Assembly (NCBI GenBank): GCA_903861445.1
Contig: CAIOUK010000215.1
Span: forward strand, 393-64,392
Length of the DNA: 64,000 bases
From: an uncultured Verrucomicrobia subdivision 3 bacterium
Lineage (GTDB): Bacteria; Verrucomicrobiota; Verrucomicrobiia; Limisphaerales; UBA11358
Direction of reading: 5' to 3'
Position numbers and translations under genes: made by a program. The notes beneath the pieces are model-generated. The model was not told where the DNA came from. It worked only from the letters and a program-made list of their open reading frames with translations, and did no database searches. This document shows positions 37,714 through 47,604 of this stretch, piece after piece (position 1 is the stretch's first letter; every line of letters begins with the position of its first letter).

Positions 37714-38586
37714 ATGCCCCGCGTTTCCGAGCAAATTTCCTGCGAGAATCCCAAGGTGAGCGTCAAGATGATCACTTACAATCACGAGCCGTTTATTGCG
37801 CAGGCGATAGAAAGTGTGCTCATGCAGGAGACGGATTTTCCGGTGGAATTGATCATTGGCGAGGACTACTCCCCGGACGGCACCCGGGAAATTGTGAAGC
37901 GCTATGCCGCAAAATATCCCAATGTCATCCGGGCGTTGCTGCCGGAGCGCAATCTGGGCATACGAGCCAATAGTGCTGGGGTTTCCAAGGCCTGCCGTGG
38001 CCAATATATAGCTTTCTTGGAAGGGGACGATTACTGGACATCTCCGCATAAAATTAAAAAGCAAGTGGATTTTTTGGATACCCACCTCAACTATTCCGCC
38101 AGCGCTCATCAGACGAAGCAACTGCTGGAAGATGGCACACCCGGAAAAATATTTGGCCAGTTTGACAAGCTTGATGTTGGGGTAGTGGATACGATTGCGC
38201 CTTTATCGCCCTGGCATACCACGTCATTTGTCTGTCGCCGTGAATTTTTTTATCTTCCGGACTGGATTTCCAGCATCATCAGCGTAGATATGGCCATATT
38301 CACGATCGTTGCGAGCAGGGGACCGGTTCGGGTTTTTCCAGAGGTCATGAGTGTTTATCGGAAACATGTGGGGGGTATCACCTCTGATGCTAAAGTAATT
38401 GCTAATTTTCACCAGAACCGCATTGAACTTATGGAGCATCTGGATGATCACTTGAAATACGAGTATCATGACCGTTTTCAGGAAGTTATTCATAGCCATC
38501 GCGCTGCCATCCGGGCTGCAAAGAGCCGGTGGTTTTATCAACTGGCATCCCAGGCAAAGAAAAAACTGCGCAGCCTGTTAAAGTGA
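37714..38586 (+). CDS. glycosyltransferase family 2
   Basis: VSVKMITYNHEPFIAQAIESVLMQETDFPVELIIGEDYSPDGT and FLEGDDYW (DxD). Confidence 0.85.
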   Translation: MPRVSEQISCENPKVSVKMITYNHEPFIAQAIESVLMQETDFPVELIIGEDYSPDGTREIVKRYAAKYPNVIRALLPERNLGIRANSAGVSKACRGQYIAFLEGDDYWTSPHKIKKQVDFLDTHLNYSASAHQTKQLLEDGTPGKIFGQFDKLDVGVVDTIAPLSPWHTTSFVCRREFFYLPDWISSIISVDMAIFTIVASRGPVRVFPEVMSVYRKHVGGITSDAKVIANFHQNRIELMEHLDDHLKYEYHDRFQEVIHSHRAAIRAAKSRWFYQLASQAKKKLRSLLK

Positions 38587-39716
38587 ACCTAGCCATCGCC
38601 TCACCCTCTTCCGCTGTTTATTCGGAAACATTTGTCCGGATGCAGATGGAAGGATTGCCTTGTGTGCTTCGGATACACGGCGGCCCCGTGGCAAGTGAAA
38701 CCATACCGGGTGGCCAGATTCAACCGCTGCGTTCACTTCGCGGCATTCTTGATACGGCCTACTGGTGCGGTTTGAAACACCGGCGATGGGATGGCCCACA
38801 AGCAGCGGAATTAAAAAGGCGGCTCAAAAAATACCGGGTGGAGGTGGTGCTTGCCAATTTTGGTCCCACTGGGGTGGCACTGCTGCCAGTTTGCCAGGAG
38901 CTTTCCATTCCGTTGGTGGTTCACTTTCACGGTTACGATGCACATACGAAAAGCGTGGTGGAGGCACATCGGAGCCATTACCAACGGCTCGGGCGAGAAT
39001 GCGCTGGCATGGTGGTTGTTTCTCACAAGATGCAGGCGGCCTTGGCCAATCTGGGAATGCCCGTGGAAAAAATAACACTGGCGCGATATGGCGTGAACCC
39101 AAATCTTTTTGAAGCCAAAATTGAATTTCCCGACCGACCGGTTTTCTTCGGAATCGGTCGGTTTGTTGACAAAAAGGCGCCTTATCTGACCTTGCTGGCT
39201 TTCCAGAAAGTTCACGAAAAAATTCCGTCTGCCCGTCTCATTCTGGCCGGTGACGGAGTTCTATTCGAAGCCACCCGCAACCTTGCCAAAGTGCAGGGAC
39301 TAGAAACGGCGGTAGAATTTCCCGGCGTGCTCACCCCGAAACAAGTGGCGGCTTATCTGCAAAGCGCCTCCGCATTTGTGCAACATTCCATCACGCCAGA
39401 ATTTGGTTCAGACGCCGGCGATAGCGAGGGAACCCCAGTGGCTATGTTGGAAGCGATGATGTGCGGTCTGCCCGTGATTGGCACCCGTCATGCGGGAATT
39501 GGCGAGGTGGTTGAGCACGGAGTCACCGGCTATGTTGTTGAGGAGCGCGATGTAAATGACATGGCGGCAGCGATGCTGGGCATTGCCGCTTCACCTATGC
39601 TCGCGCGGCAATTAGGTCGAGCAGCTCGTGAGCAAGCCCTGAAAAATAACACTTCAGAAATCTATTTGAATAAGTTGAAAAACATCCTGGCTTCCGCAGT
39701 GCGCAACACGATCTAA
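38583..39716 (+). CDS. glycosyltransferase family 4 (GT-B, EX7E)
   Basis: Probable GTG start in a GTGA overlap with the upstream stop (the ORF-track start 38529 overlaps by 58 nt). Motifs FFGIGRFVDKKAPYL and GDSEGTPVAMLEAMMCGLPVIGTRHAGIGEVV. Confidence 0.85.
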   Translation: MNLAIASPSSAVYSETFVRMQMEGLPCVLRIHGGPVASETIPGGQIQPLRSLRGILDTAYWCGLKHRRWDGPQAAELKRRLKKYRVEVVLANFGPTGVALLPVCQELSIPLVVHFHGYDAHTKSVVEAHRSHYQRLGRECAGMVVVSHKMQAALANLGMPVEKITLARYGVNPNLFEAKIEFPDRPVFFGIGRFVDKKAPYLTLLAFQKVHEKIPSARLILAGDGVLFEATRNLAKVQGLETAVEFPGVLTPKQVAAYLQSASAFVQHSITPEFGSDAGDSEGTPVAMLEAMMCGLPVIGTRHAGIGEVVEHGVTGYVVEERDVNDMAAAMLGIAASPMLARQLGRAAREQALKNNTSEIYLNKLKNILASAVRNTI

Positions 39717-39801
39717 AAAGTGGATTGCCCGTTCGTCAGTTTCATCCTCCCTCCTGCGCCAATGTTGAGCGTTGGGTGGTGGAAGCCATTAGCAAAAGGA
39801 A

Positions 39802-40764
39802 ATGTTGAAACCTGCAATGCCCCAACTCGTCTCCATCCTCATCCCGTGTTTCAATGCTGAACGCTGGGTGGCGCAAGCCATCGAAAGTGCGCTGGCGCAG
39901 ACCTGGCCGGAGAAGGAAGTCATCGTCGTGGACGACGGCTCCAAGGATGGGAGCCTTGAGATCATCAAAAGCTTTGGCCATCGCATCCGCTGGGAATCAG
40001 GGCCAAATCGCGGCGGCAACGCTGCCCGAAACCGGTTGCTAGAGCTGGCACGGGGCGAATGGCTGCAATATCTGGATGCGGACGATCATCTACTGCCGGA
40101 CAAGGTGGCGCAACAGATGGAATTTCTCGCCATCCATCCGGCGACGGATGTGGTGTTTGGTCCGGTGACGCTAGAACATTGTTCGGAGAACGGGACGCGG
40201 CGTGAGTTGCTGCCGATTCCCGAGCCGCACGATTTTTGGATTCTGCTGGCGCGTTGGCATTTGCCGCAAACGGGAGCATCGCTTTGGCGCAAGCCGGCAA
40301 TTCTTGACGTTGGAGGATGGAAATCAGACCAACCTTGTTGTCAGGAGCATGAGTTGTATCTGCGCCTGCTCATGGCGGGCAAACGATTAGATTATTGTCC
40401 CAGCAATGGCGCGATTTATCGCCAATGGACTACGGACAGTGTTTGCCGGCGCGACCCGCGGCAACTGCATCAGAGAACGCTGGAAATTCTCCAAAAAGAG
40501 CGCGCTTTTTTGGACGAACGCGAGGAACTTACCACGGATCGTCTCAATGCTATTAACCAAATGCGCTTCACCATGGCGCGTGGCATTTGGAAATATGACC
40601 GCTGCGCCGCTGCGAAGATAGTTGCCGACGTCAGGCAATTACAACCGGACTTCCGGCCAGATTCCAGAGGGTGTAAGTTGAGTTACAGGATATTGTATCG
40701 TTGTTTTGGGTTCGCCACCGCAGAACAGGTGCGAGCCAGAATTTTAGCTCTTTGCCAACGGTGA
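39802..40764 (+). CDS. glycosyltransferase family 2
   Basis: VSILIPCFNAERWVAQAIESALAQTWPEKEVIVVDDGSKDGS and YLDADDHL. Confidence 0.9.
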   Translation: MLKPAMPQLVSILIPCFNAERWVAQAIESALAQTWPEKEVIVVDDGSKDGSLEIIKSFGHRIRWESGPNRGGNAARNRLLELARGEWLQYLDADDHLLPDKVAQQMEFLAIHPATDVVFGPVTLEHCSENGTRRELLPIPEPHDFWILLARWHLPQTGASLWRKPAILDVGGWKSDQPCCQEHELYLRLLMAGKRLDYCPSNGAIYRQWTTDSVCRRDPRQLHQRTLEILQKERAFLDEREELTTDRLNAINQMRFTMARGIWKYDRCAAAKIVADVRQLQPDFRPDSRGCKLSYRILYRCFGFATAEQVRARILALCQR

Positions 40765-41693
40765 AAATCAGCTGCATCATTCCCACTCTCGGACGAGGGA
40801 AAATCCTTTGCGACACCATCGAGATGCTGCTGGGGCAATCGCATCCCGCGCACGAGATCATCGTGGTGGATCAGACGGCGGCTCCGGATGAGGCGACCTG
40901 CCGGGCGTTGACCGAATGGAATCAGCAGGGGAAAATTCGCTGGCTCCGGCAAACGGAACCGAATGCCTCCAAAGCGCGCAATGCTGGCGCGCTGGCGGCC
41001 ACGGGCGAGGTGGTATTATTTCTCGATGATGACATTCAGGTTAAACCCGATTTTCTGGCGGCGTATGCGGAAACTTTTGAACGAACCCACGCGGCGGCGG
41101 TTTCCGGTCAGGTTCTCGAGGACGACGGCAAAGCGGTGGACGAACTGCCGCCTAAAGCTCTGGATCCGGAAATTGGCTGGCTTTATTTTCCCAAGAATTA
41201 CACCAAGGAATGTGAAACTACATTTATGATGGCGGGCAATGTCGCCATTCGTCGTGACATTTTTTTGGCACTGGGCGGCATGGATGAAAATTACGAAAAA
41301 GGAGCCTTTCGGGAGGAATCGGACTTTGCGATGCGATTTGTGCGTGCCGGGCACCGGTTTTACTATAACCCCCAATGCAGCATCTATCATTTGGGCGCAA
41401 AGTTGGTTCGGGGCGGCGGGGCGCGAAGCTGGTGGCAGGAAAGGCAGTTTTGGTATTTTCATCATTGCGTGGGCGACTGGTATTTTAATCTCCGGTTTGT
41501 GACACTTCGTTTGTTTTTACCGTTTTTGACCAACAGCATCCGTTGTTTTGTGCTCAATCGAGAAAGGTTGAAAAAACCCTGGATCATACCCTTGCATCTC
41601 GTTTTTTGGCTTGCAGGAATGCCGGTGGCAGCCTGGCGGCGGGTGCGAGGGGCTGCCCTGATAGATTCTAAAACACGGAAGGCTACCCCATGA
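40761..41693 (+). CDS. glycosyltransferase family 2
   Basis: GTG 40761 in a GTGA overlap with the upstream stop. Motifs ISCIIPTLGRGKILCDTIEMLLGQSHPAHEIIVVDQT and LFLDDDI. Confidence 0.85.
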   Translation: MKISCIIPTLGRGKILCDTIEMLLGQSHPAHEIIVVDQTAAPDEATCRALTEWNQQGKIRWLRQTEPNASKARNAGALAATGEVVLFLDDDIQVKPDFLAAYAETFERTHAAAVSGQVLEDDGKAVDELPPKALDPEIGWLYFPKNYTKECETTFMMAGNVAIRRDIFLALGGMDENYEKGAFREESDFAMRFVRAGHRFYYNPQCSIYHLGAKLVRGGGARSWWQERQFWYFHHCVGDWYFNLRFVTLRLFLPFLTNSIRCFVLNRERLKKPWIIPLHLVFWLAGMPVAAWRRVRGAALIDSKTRKATP

Positions 41694-42577
41694 ATATCGG
41701 CGTGCTGATTACCAATTATCAGGCTTGGCCAATGACCGAACGGGGCATCCGCGAGGTGTTACGCTGGTCGGGAGATTCTATCTCGAAAATTGTGGTGGTG
41801 GATGATGCATCGGATGCCTCCAAGAAGTTTCCAGAAAGTGACCAAGTCGTTATTTTTCGGAATCCAGAAAATCTAGGTTATGTTCGCAGCGTCAATGTCG
41901 GCATGCGCCTGATCAGTGATGACGTGGTTTTATTTTTTGATTGCGATGCCTATCCGCTGATGGATTTGGTGCCAGCGGTAATTAGGCATTTTGAAAATGA
42001 GCCGCAATTGGGCGCACTGGGCTTTTTTGAAGTGGGCAGCGGCGGCAAGACGCGGATTGCGGGTGATTGCGAGCCGACCTTGATGAACTTTCTTTTGGGG
42101 CAAGCCTTGGGTGATTGGTTTGCCCGGCATGGTTGGTTCGTGGGCAAACACTTTGTGCTGCATTCCTGCTGCATGGCAGTCCGGCGAAAAGCGTTTGAAC
42201 AAATCGGCGGGTTTGATGAAGCGTTTGATTTTCTGGATGCTGACACGGATTTCTCTCTGCGGTTGCAGGATGCCGGTTGGCTCGTCAAGACCGATGCCTC
42301 CCTGAAATGTTTTCACCAAGGCTCCGGCAGCCCGCAGACTACGGCCCGGCGCGTGATGCGCTTTCATCGCAATCGCTGGTTGCTATTGAAAAAACATGGC
42401 AAGGTTCAAGCTCCGTCACTGTGCCGGTTTATCCTCAAGCTGCGGCATCTTTGTGAATTGACACTGCTGTTCTTCGCGAAGTGGTTTCGCCCGCGCCCTG
42501 CCACCCAAATCCAAGATAAAATTGCCGGGCGCAGCCAGCTTTTGCGTTCTGTGGCGCGGGATTATCGCGCCGATTGA
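41690..42577 (+). CDS. glycosyltransferase family 2
   Basis: ATGA overlap with the upstream gene. Motifs IGVLITNYQAWPMT...KIVVVDDASD and FFDCDAYP. Confidence 0.85.
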   Translation: MNIGVLITNYQAWPMTERGIREVLRWSGDSISKIVVVDDASDASKKFPESDQVVIFRNPENLGYVRSVNVGMRLISDDVVLFFDCDAYPLMDLVPAVIRHFENEPQLGALGFFEVGSGGKTRIAGDCEPTLMNFLLGQALGDWFARHGWFVGKHFVLHSCCMAVRRKAFEQIGGFDEAFDFLDADTDFSLRLQDAGWLVKTDASLKCFHQGSGSPQTTARRVMRFHRNRWLLLKKHGKVQAPSLCRFILKLRHLCELTLLFFAKWFRPRPATQIQDKIAGRSQLLRSVARDYRAD

Positions 42578-42611
42578 GCGGTTCAGTGGAACTCAAGACG
42601 AGATTCACAAA

Positions 42612-43634
42612 ATGAAAATCCTTTTGCACACCCGTTTTTATCCCAATGTCGGCGGGATTGAGACCGTGGCGTGGCTGCTGGCTCACGAATGGCAGCGGCA
42701 GGGCGAGCAGGTGACCGTGGTTTCCGATGTCGTTTGCCCACCAGAACAACGCAGAGAATTGCCATTTCCCGTCCATTATCGTCCCTCCATTAGATGCTGG
42801 TTGCAATTGATGCGGTCGGCGGATGTGTTTGTCCACATGAACCTCAGCTTGAAAGCGCTGTGGCCGGTATTGTTGGTGCCTCGGCCCTTGGTGGCGGTGC
42901 ATCATGGCTTCTACGTCGTGGATCGGACCGGGCGGCAGGATTGGCGGGAGCGGCTTAAACTCAAACTGATGGCTCGGGCCGCCAACATCGCAGTCAGCGA
43001 AGCCGTGGCCCGGCGGCTGCCGGTGCCGTGCGCGGTCATTCCCAACCCGGTGGATGTTTCCCTGTTTCAAACTAGCCAGACAACCGTGCGCAACCGGGAT
43101 TTGGTTTTTGTGGGCCGGCTTGTCTCGGACAAAGGTGCTGCTTTACTGGTTCAGGCTTTGGATCGGTTGCGCCAAAACGGATTGACGCCGCAATTGACCA
43201 TCATCGGCGACGGGCCGGAGCGGGCGGTTTTAGAACAACAGGTGGCGGCGTTGAAATTATCCAGCCAGATTCATTTCACCGGTTCGCAGCCGCAAGCGCA
43301 GGTGGCGCAACGGCTGCGGCAACATCAAATTCTGGTGGTGCCCTCGCTTTGGGAGGAACCGTTTGGGGTGGTGGCTTTGGAAGGTGCGGCGTGCGGTTGC
43401 GTGGTGCTGGGTTCGGATGGCGGCGGTTTGCCGGAGGCGATTGGGCCAACGGGAACTACTTTCAAGCGCGGCGAGGTGGATGATTTGGTTTTGAAATTAT
43501 CCCACTTGCTTCGACATCCTGAAGTATGGTCGTCCTATCGCGCAGCGGCTCCGGCGCATTGGGAACGCCATCAACCGGCGTTGATTGCCCGGCGCTATCT
43601 GGAAGTGTTCGGAAAACAAATTCTGGAACGCTGA
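42612..43634 (+). CDS. glycosyltransferase family 4
   Basis: ATG 42612 (MKILLHTRFYPNVGGIETVAWLLAHEW). Motifs VFVGRLVSDKGAALL and EEPFGVVALEGAACGCVVLGSDGGGLPE. Confidence 0.88.
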   Translation: MKILLHTRFYPNVGGIETVAWLLAHEWQRQGEQVTVVSDVVCPPEQRRELPFPVHYRPSIRCWLQLMRSADVFVHMNLSLKALWPVLLVPRPLVAVHHGFYVVDRTGRQDWRERLKLKLMARAANIAVSEAVARRLPVPCAVIPNPVDVSLFQTSQTTVRNRDLVFVGRLVSDKGAALLVQALDRLRQNGLTPQLTIIGDGPERAVLEQQVAALKLSSQIHFTGSQPQAQVAQRLRQHQILVVPSLWEEPFGVVALEGAACGCVVLGSDGGGLPEAIGPTGTTFKRGEVDDLVLKLSHLLRHPEVWSSYRAAAPAHWERHQPALIARRYLEVFGKQILER

Positions 43635-43640
43635 AATAAT

Positions 43641-43703
43641 GAAAGCTTGAGACCTGAGGCGGAAACCTGAAATTGGAAAAATGAAATCGGAAAGTGGATT
43701 AAC
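43641..43703. repeat. nine in-phase heptads in the spacer after the GT4 gene
   Basis: gaaagct tgagacc tgaggcg gaaacct gaaattg gaaaaat gaaatcg gaaagtg gattaac. Strict 7-nt phase with a GAAA-type core. Confidence 0.85.
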
Positions 43704-43750
43704 CCGGTGGTCTGCAGCCGGCGCGGGGTTGTTAAAGTAAAATAAAGCAC

Positions 43751-45136
43751 ATGAATTTGGAACGGAATAAAATTTCAGAACCAGATGAGGCAACCGGCAG
43801 GCGCGGGCGTCCGGTTCAGACCCGGCGGGAGCCGTTGGCCGATGAGAAAATAAAGCTGGCGTGGCTCGTGTTACTGACGGCCTTGGCGATGACGGTGCTG
43901 GAAGGGGCGTTCCGCAAATGGGTGTTCCCCCAGGGCGGAGCGGTTAAGTATCTGCTGTATTTTTCCAAGGACATCATTTTTGCGACCATTCTTTTCCTGC
44001 CCAAACGAAGCCAGCCCTCGCTGGCGTTAGAGAGTTTTTCTAACTGTCTGCTGCCCGGTTGTGTGCTGATCGGGCTGGGGGCGATCGCAAGTTGCCAGCA
44101 TGGGTTCAACCCAGTTGGTTCCATTTTAACCATCCGGGCACTGATCGTGCTGCCGGTCATCGCCTGGCTGGTGGTGCCCCGGTTGGCGGGTTTGCCCCTG
44201 CGCTGGGTGGCTGGGCTGCTGACTGTTTTTGTCCTGCTAAATTTTGCGTTGGGTATGGAGCAAAACCGCCTGCCCAAGGATCATTGGCTGAACCATTATG
44301 CGGATGCTGAAATGGAGGTGGTGGAATTGGAATCCGGGGTGCGCGCCACCGGCACCTTTGCCTACATCGCTGGATTAGGGGTCATTTCCACCGTGGGCAT
44401 TTGGGCGGGACTGGCGTTGATGAGCGTGGCCAGAAGCCAATGGCAGCGTCTGTGGGGGTGGGTGGCTCTGGTTGCGGGCTTTGGCTGCGGACTGGCCTCT
44501 ATCTCCCGTGCACCCATTGTCATCGCCGCCGCCATGGTGGCAGGGTGGCTGGTATCCTTTCGCGACAGTGTTTCGCTGCTGATTCGCGGGTTGGTCATGG
44601 GGCTGGTCTGTCTGGGGCTGGCGTTTGTGCTGGGGCTGGCTCCCGCCTTTTCCCATCTATGGCAGGGTTTGGAGGAACGGGCTAATCAGGGCAGCGATAG
44701 CTTTAACCAGCGGGCGTTTGGATCCTTTGGCGAAACCCTTGTCGCCCTGCAAGCCGCGCCGTTTGGCAATGGTTTTGGCACAGAACAGATCGGTGGGCAA
44801 TACTATGCCACCGGCGCGGCGGGCTTCAACCATTTTGAAAGCACCCTCCCCCGGCTGGTCATGGAAACTGGGCTTTTAGGCTTGATTGGCTATTTTGTCG
44901 TTGCTGCCGGTGTGATCATGGCTCTGCAAACCGCCAAACTCGGCGCGTCACCCGGCGCCAAGTCAGCCCTGCTGGCCACCCAATTATTTTTGGGAGTCAT
45001 GCTGTCCATGGGCGGCGTGATATTCAACCACACGGCTGCGGACTTCGTCTGGATTATTTTTGCGGCGGTCTTGGCAGGAGTGGGCAACGGGGAAAGCAGA
45101 AATTTGGAAAGTAGAAAACAGAGACCTGACCTCTGA
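43751..45136 (+). CDS. O-antigen ligase/polymerase-like (Wzy_C-type) polytopic membrane protein
   Basis: About 11 TM segments with a larger loop containing ISRAPIVIAAAMV and FGNGFGTEQIGG. This is the general layout of WaaL/Wzy-like proteins found in exosortase-linked EPS loci. The C-terminal tail GESRNLESRKQRPDL is read from a heptad tract. Confidence 0.6.
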   Translation: MNLERNKISEPDEATGRRGRPVQTRREPLADEKIKLAWLVLLTALAMTVLEGAFRKWVFPQGGAVKYLLYFSKDIIFATILFLPKRSQPSLALESFSNCLLPGCVLIGLGAIASCQHGFNPVGSILTIRALIVLPVIAWLVVPRLAGLPLRWVAGLLTVFVLLNFALGMEQNRLPKDHWLNHYADAEMEVVELESGVRATGTFAYIAGLGVISTVGIWAGLALMSVARSQWQRLWGWVALVAGFGCGLASISRAPIVIAAAMVAGWLVSFRDSVSLLIRGLVMGLVCLGLAFVLGLAPAFSHLWQGLEERANQGSDSFNQRAFGSFGETLVALQAAPFGNGFGTEQIGGQYYATGAAGFNHFESTLPRLVMETGLLGLIGYFVVAAGVIMALQTAKLGASPGAKSALLATQLFLGVMLSMGGVIFNHTAADFVWIIFAAVLAGVGNGESRNLESRKQRPDL

Positions 45137-45147
45137 CCACTGACCTC
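45092..45147. repeat. eight in-phase heptads spanning the stop codon of the ligase-like gene
   Basis: gaaagca gaaattt ggaaagt agaaaac agagacc tgacctc tgaccac tgacctc. Confidence 0.85.
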
Positions 45148-45161
45148 TCAAGTTTTTTCAT

Positions 45162-46412
45162 ATGAAAAAAACTTCCGTCATCGTTTCCTACAGCGGCGTG
45201 CATCAGGCGTTTCAGATTGCCTTGGCGACGCAGGAGGCCGGATTGCTGGACAGTTTTTATGGTTCCATTTTTGATGCACCCGGTAAATGGGGCCAGAAGT
45301 TGAGCCAAGTCATGGGAAAGGAAGCATTAAGCAACCGTCGGTGTGTCGGGTTGCCTCCAGAAAGATTGGTGGAATATCCGTGGCCGGAATTATTTGCGCG
45401 CCTCAAACGACTCACCGGTTGCGCCCGCCGGGATGAATGGCTTTGGACGGCCCGGCAATTTGACCGGCATGTCGCTCGGCTGATTGCCAAGAAAAACTGC
45501 CGCCTGTTAATCGGCGTTGAAAATTGCGCCGTCGAATCATTCCGTGTGGGCCGCGCGCGGGGCATGAAACTGGTTTATGATTGCCCGGGCTTTAACCCTG
45601 AAGTTTCCGATCAGGCGGCACTGCGCGCGGCCGTCGAGTGGCACTTGCCGCGTCCGCTGCCTTCGGATGCCCCCGCCATCAAGGTCAGCAAGGATCAGGA
45701 GTTGGCGCTGGCGGATTGCGTGCTGGTGTATTCGGAAGTGCATCAGCGGAGCTGGGCGCAACGCGGTGTGCCGACGGAAAAATTCGTCCGCATCCCCTTG
45801 TGGATTGAACCTGATTTGTGGCGGCCAAAGGTGGCAACGAGCAACCACCAAGTTCCATTGCGGGTGCTGTATGCCGGGCGCGGCACGTTGATGAAGGGCG
45901 TGCCTTACTTGTTGGAGGCTGTAAAAAAATGTGGCCGCCGGGTGCAACTGGATTGCGTTGGGAACCTTCAGTTGGAACTTCAGCCGCTGGCGGCGGGATT
46001 GACCAACGTCAAATTTCTCCCACCCGTGCCCAAATCCCAACTCCGAGAGGTTTATTGCAACCATGATGTGCTGGTTTTGCCCTCGCTGGGCGATTCCTTC
46101 GGGTTTGTGGCCTTGGAAGCGATGGCGTGCGGATTGCCGGTGGTGGTGACGGAGAATTGCGGGGTGCCAGTGCCCGATCCGGCGTGGCGTGTGCCCATCA
46201 TGGACAGCGCGGCGATTGCCCAGCGGCTGGAATACTACGCCACGAACCGCGAGGCATTGCAGCATGACGGACAAGTGGCACAACAGTTTGCCCGGCAATT
46301 CACGCCGGAACGCTATCGCGAACAAATCAAAAAGTTGCTAGGGAACCTGTTGAGTAAATCAGAAAGTGGAAAGTGGAAAACAGAAACGGGAATTAAAAAT
46401 ATCGAAAGTTGA
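45162..46412 (+). CDS. glycosyltransferase family 4
   Basis: LYAGRGTLMKGVPYLL and LGDSFGFVALEAMACGLPVVVTENCG. The C-terminal tail SKSESGKWKTETGIKNIES is read from a heptad tract. Confidence 0.85.
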   Translation: MKKTSVIVSYSGVHQAFQIALATQEAGLLDSFYGSIFDAPGKWGQKLSQVMGKEALSNRRCVGLPPERLVEYPWPELFARLKRLTGCARRDEWLWTARQFDRHVARLIAKKNCRLLIGVENCAVESFRVGRARGMKLVYDCPGFNPEVSDQAALRAAVEWHLPRPLPSDAPAIKVSKDQELALADCVLVYSEVHQRSWAQRGVPTEKFVRIPLWIEPDLWRPKVATSNHQVPLRVLYAGRGTLMKGVPYLLEAVKKCGRRVQLDCVGNLQLELQPLAAGLTNVKFLPPVPKSQLREVYCNHDVLVLPSLGDSFGFVALEAMACGLPVVVTENCGVPVPDPAWRVPIMDSAAIAQRLEYYATNREALQHDGQVAQQFARQFTPERYREQIKKLLGNLLSKSESGKWKTETGIKNIES

Positions 46413-46414
46413 AA
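46359..46414. repeat. eight in-phase NNNGAAA heptads spanning the GT4 stop codon
   Basis: tcagaaa gtggaaa gtggaaa acagaaa cgggaat taaaaat atcgaaa gttgaaa. gaaaacagaaa (46376-46386) is the perfect reverse complement of tttctgttttc (46444-46454), just before the next start codon. Confidence 0.9.
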
Positions 46415-46466
46415 CCCGATTCCATCTGCCTTTGTCCTTCATTTTTCTGTTTTCAAAATTTCAGTT

Positions 46467-47477
46467 TTGGCTGCCGTGATCAAAGTCGTTCATTTCCACC
46501 GCCGACCGATGGCCGGTTACACGAGCATCGAAAGGCTTTTTGACGGCCTGCGGCGGGCCATGCCGGAAGGCATCGAATGCCTGATGCATCTCTGTCCCCG
46601 TTTCAGCAAAGGCATCTGGCCGCGCCTGCTGAATATGATGGATGCCGCCCGGCATCAGGGAACGGTCAACCACATCACGGGCGATGTCCATTATCTCGCG
46701 CTGGCGCTGGCCAAGCGGCGCACCTTGCTGACCATTCACGATTGCGCCGCGCTGGAGCGGTTGCGCGGCTGGCGCCGGACGTTGCTGAAATTGTTCTGGT
46801 TCAGCTTGCCCATCTGGCGCTCCCAACTCGTGACGGTGATTTCTGAATCCACCCGCCGGGAATTGCTGCGGCATGTTCGTTGCGATGCCGCCAAAATCCG
46901 GGTGGTGCCCAACTGCGTGGGCGCTGATTTTGTGCCGGTGCCCAAGGCTTTCAATTCGGTGGAGCCGCAGATTCTGCATCTGGGGACAGGTGCCAACAAA
47001 AATCTGGAAAGATTAGCTAGGGCAATTAGTGGTCTGCCCTGCCGTTTGAATATTTTAGGTCAATTGAGTCAAGCACAGGAACAGACTTTGGCGGTAGCCA
47101 AAATTCGTTACACCAACCTGCCTCAGGCGACTGATGCCGAGGTGTTGCGCGCGTATGCCGAGTGCGACTTGGTGGCTTTTGTTTCCACCTACGAAGGGTT
47201 TGGCCTGCCCATCATCGAGGCCCAGGCCACGGGGCGGCCGGTCGTGACGAGTAAAATTTTATCCATGCCGGAAGTAGCCGGGAACGCCGCCTGTCTGGTG
47301 GATCCGTTGGACGTGGAATCCATCCGTCAAGGAATCCTTAAAGTCTGGCACGAGCCGGATTATCGCGCCCAGCTGGTCGCCGCCGGTTTTGAAAATGTAA
47401 AGCGGTTCACGCCCGCCGCCGTGGCGGCCCAATATGGAGCCATCTATCGCGAACTGGCGGATAAAGCCAAAATATGA
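46467..47477 (+). CDS. glycosyltransferase family 4
   Basis: TTG 46467 (or GTG 46476). Motifs ILHLGTGANKNLERL and STYEGFGLPIIEAQATGRPVVTSKILSMPEVAG. Confidence 0.85.
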   Translation: MAAVIKVVHFHRRPMAGYTSIERLFDGLRRAMPEGIECLMHLCPRFSKGIWPRLLNMMDAARHQGTVNHITGDVHYLALALAKRRTLLTIHDCAALERLRGWRRTLLKLFWFSLPIWRSQLVTVISESTRRELLRHVRCDAAKIRVVPNCVGADFVPVPKAFNSVEPQILHLGTGANKNLERLARAISGLPCRLNILGQLSQAQEQTLAVAKIRYTNLPQATDAEVLRAYAECDLVAFVSTYEGFGLPIIEAQATGRPVVTSKILSMPEVAGNAACLVDPLDVESIRQGILKVWHEPDYRAQLVAAGFENVKRFTPAAVAAQYGAIYRELADKAKI

Positions 47478-47480
47478 AAT

Positions 47481-47508
47481 CGGGAAAGTAGAAAGTAGAA
47501 ATGGGGAA
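47481..47508. repeat. four in-phase heptads after the GT4 stop
   Basis: cgggaaa gtagaaa gtagaaa tggggaa. The rest of the 127-nt spacer (to 47604) continues with T-rich units (gtttcag catttca gttttca aaatttt) running up to the next ATG. Confidence 0.85.
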
Positions 47509-47604
47509 TAACTTCCAGGCTGATTTTTTAATTCGGGTTAATTCGTGAAATTCGTGTCAAAGTAGAAATCAGTTTCAGCATTTCAGTTTTCAAAATTTTC
47601 TTTT

